NCBI GenBank assembly: GCA_965223415.1
Contig: OZ245002.1
Coordinates: 3,104,001-3,168,000, forward strand
From: Myxococcota bacterium
Lineage (GTDB): Bacteria > Myxococcota_A > UBA9160 > UBA6930
Length of the DNA: 64,000 nucleotides
Reading direction: 5' to 3'
Position numbers and translations under genes: made by a program. Shown here piece after piece: positions 63,585 through 64,000 of the stretch; the stretch's first letter is position 1, and every line of letters starts with the position of its first letter. The notes under the pieces are model-generated. The model saw only the letters and a program-made list of their open reading frames with translations. It made no database searches and had not been told where the DNA came from.

Positions 63585-64000
63585 GGCGACGCCTCCTCGA
63601 CCGCTTCCCCGACGATGGCGACGATCTCGTCGATCTCCTCCCGGCTCGCGATGAGCGGCGGCGAGACGGGCGTGCACTCCCACAGCGCCCGGAGGATCAG
63701 GCCCTTCGCGAGTGCGCGGCTGGCGATGGAGGCCGGGAACGACATGGGGGTCTCGCCCACGGGCTCCGTCGTGCCGGGGCGAGCCCACTCCACCGCGGTG
63801 AACATGCCGGCCCCGCGGATCTCGCCCACCAGGGGATGGGAGCCGAGCGTCGCCTTCAGACGCTCCAGGAGGTAGGCCCCCACCTCGGCGCTGTTGGCGA
63901 CCAGGCCTTCGCGCTCGACGATGTCGAGGTTGGCGTGGGCCGCCGTGCAGCAGGCTGCGTGGTTGTTGTAGGTGAGGCCGACCATGAAGGGCAGGCCGTG
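63581..64000 (-). CDS. Class III aminotransferase (C-terminal part only)
   Basis: GLTYNNH, HPLVGEIRGAG, SPPLI...EIDEIV. Confidence 0.85.
   Translation of the reverse strand, partial: HGLPFMVGLTYNNHAACCTAAHANLDIVEREGLVANSAEVGAYLLERLKATLGSHPLVGEIRGAGMFTAVEWARPGTTEPVGETPMSFPASIASRALAKGLILRALWECTPVSPPLIASREEIDEIVAIVGEAVEEASP

Overview
High-GC bacterial DNA; the gene mix suggests a Myxococcota/deltaproteobacterial-type Gram-negative organism (inference). About three quarters of the window is lipid/aromatic catabolism and transport: five acyl-CoA dehydrogenases, two family III CoA-transferases, an acyl-CoA ligase, a WS/DGAT, an enoyl-CoA hydratase, a BVMO, a Rieske dioxygenase pair, LLM monooxygenases, a carotenoid oxygenase, a sulfatase, a GH1, glpD, apaG and two MFS/GPH transporters. 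The stand-out is a ~15 kb cell-envelope island (37.5-52.6 kb). It has three tandem genes for a 107-aa secreted protein built from two ungapped 37-aa beta-type repeats, and two more small secreted proteins sharing a (T/S)N(V/I)G(S/T)(V/I) motif. It also encodes a CsgG/HfaB-like lipoprotein with peptidoglycan-binding and DUF4384-like domains, an OmpA-family protein, two exported caspase-family (C14) proteases, a nearly passenger-less autotransporter barrel, and an ECF-like sigma factor with apparently duplicated regions 2 and 4 plus a membrane anti-sigma. A GTGATCCG motif sits ~40-90 nt upstream of ten genes in and next to the island. I propose (inference) an undescribed curli/Fap/Hfa-analogous secreted fibre or functional-amyloid system. 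Other oddities: a 38-bp tandem repeat creating translationally coupled mini-ORFs, a ~195-bp MITE/REPIN-like hairpin, and three gene remnants. No rRNA, tRNA, CRISPR array or transposase was recognised. All family calls are from motif recognition by eye; no database search was run.
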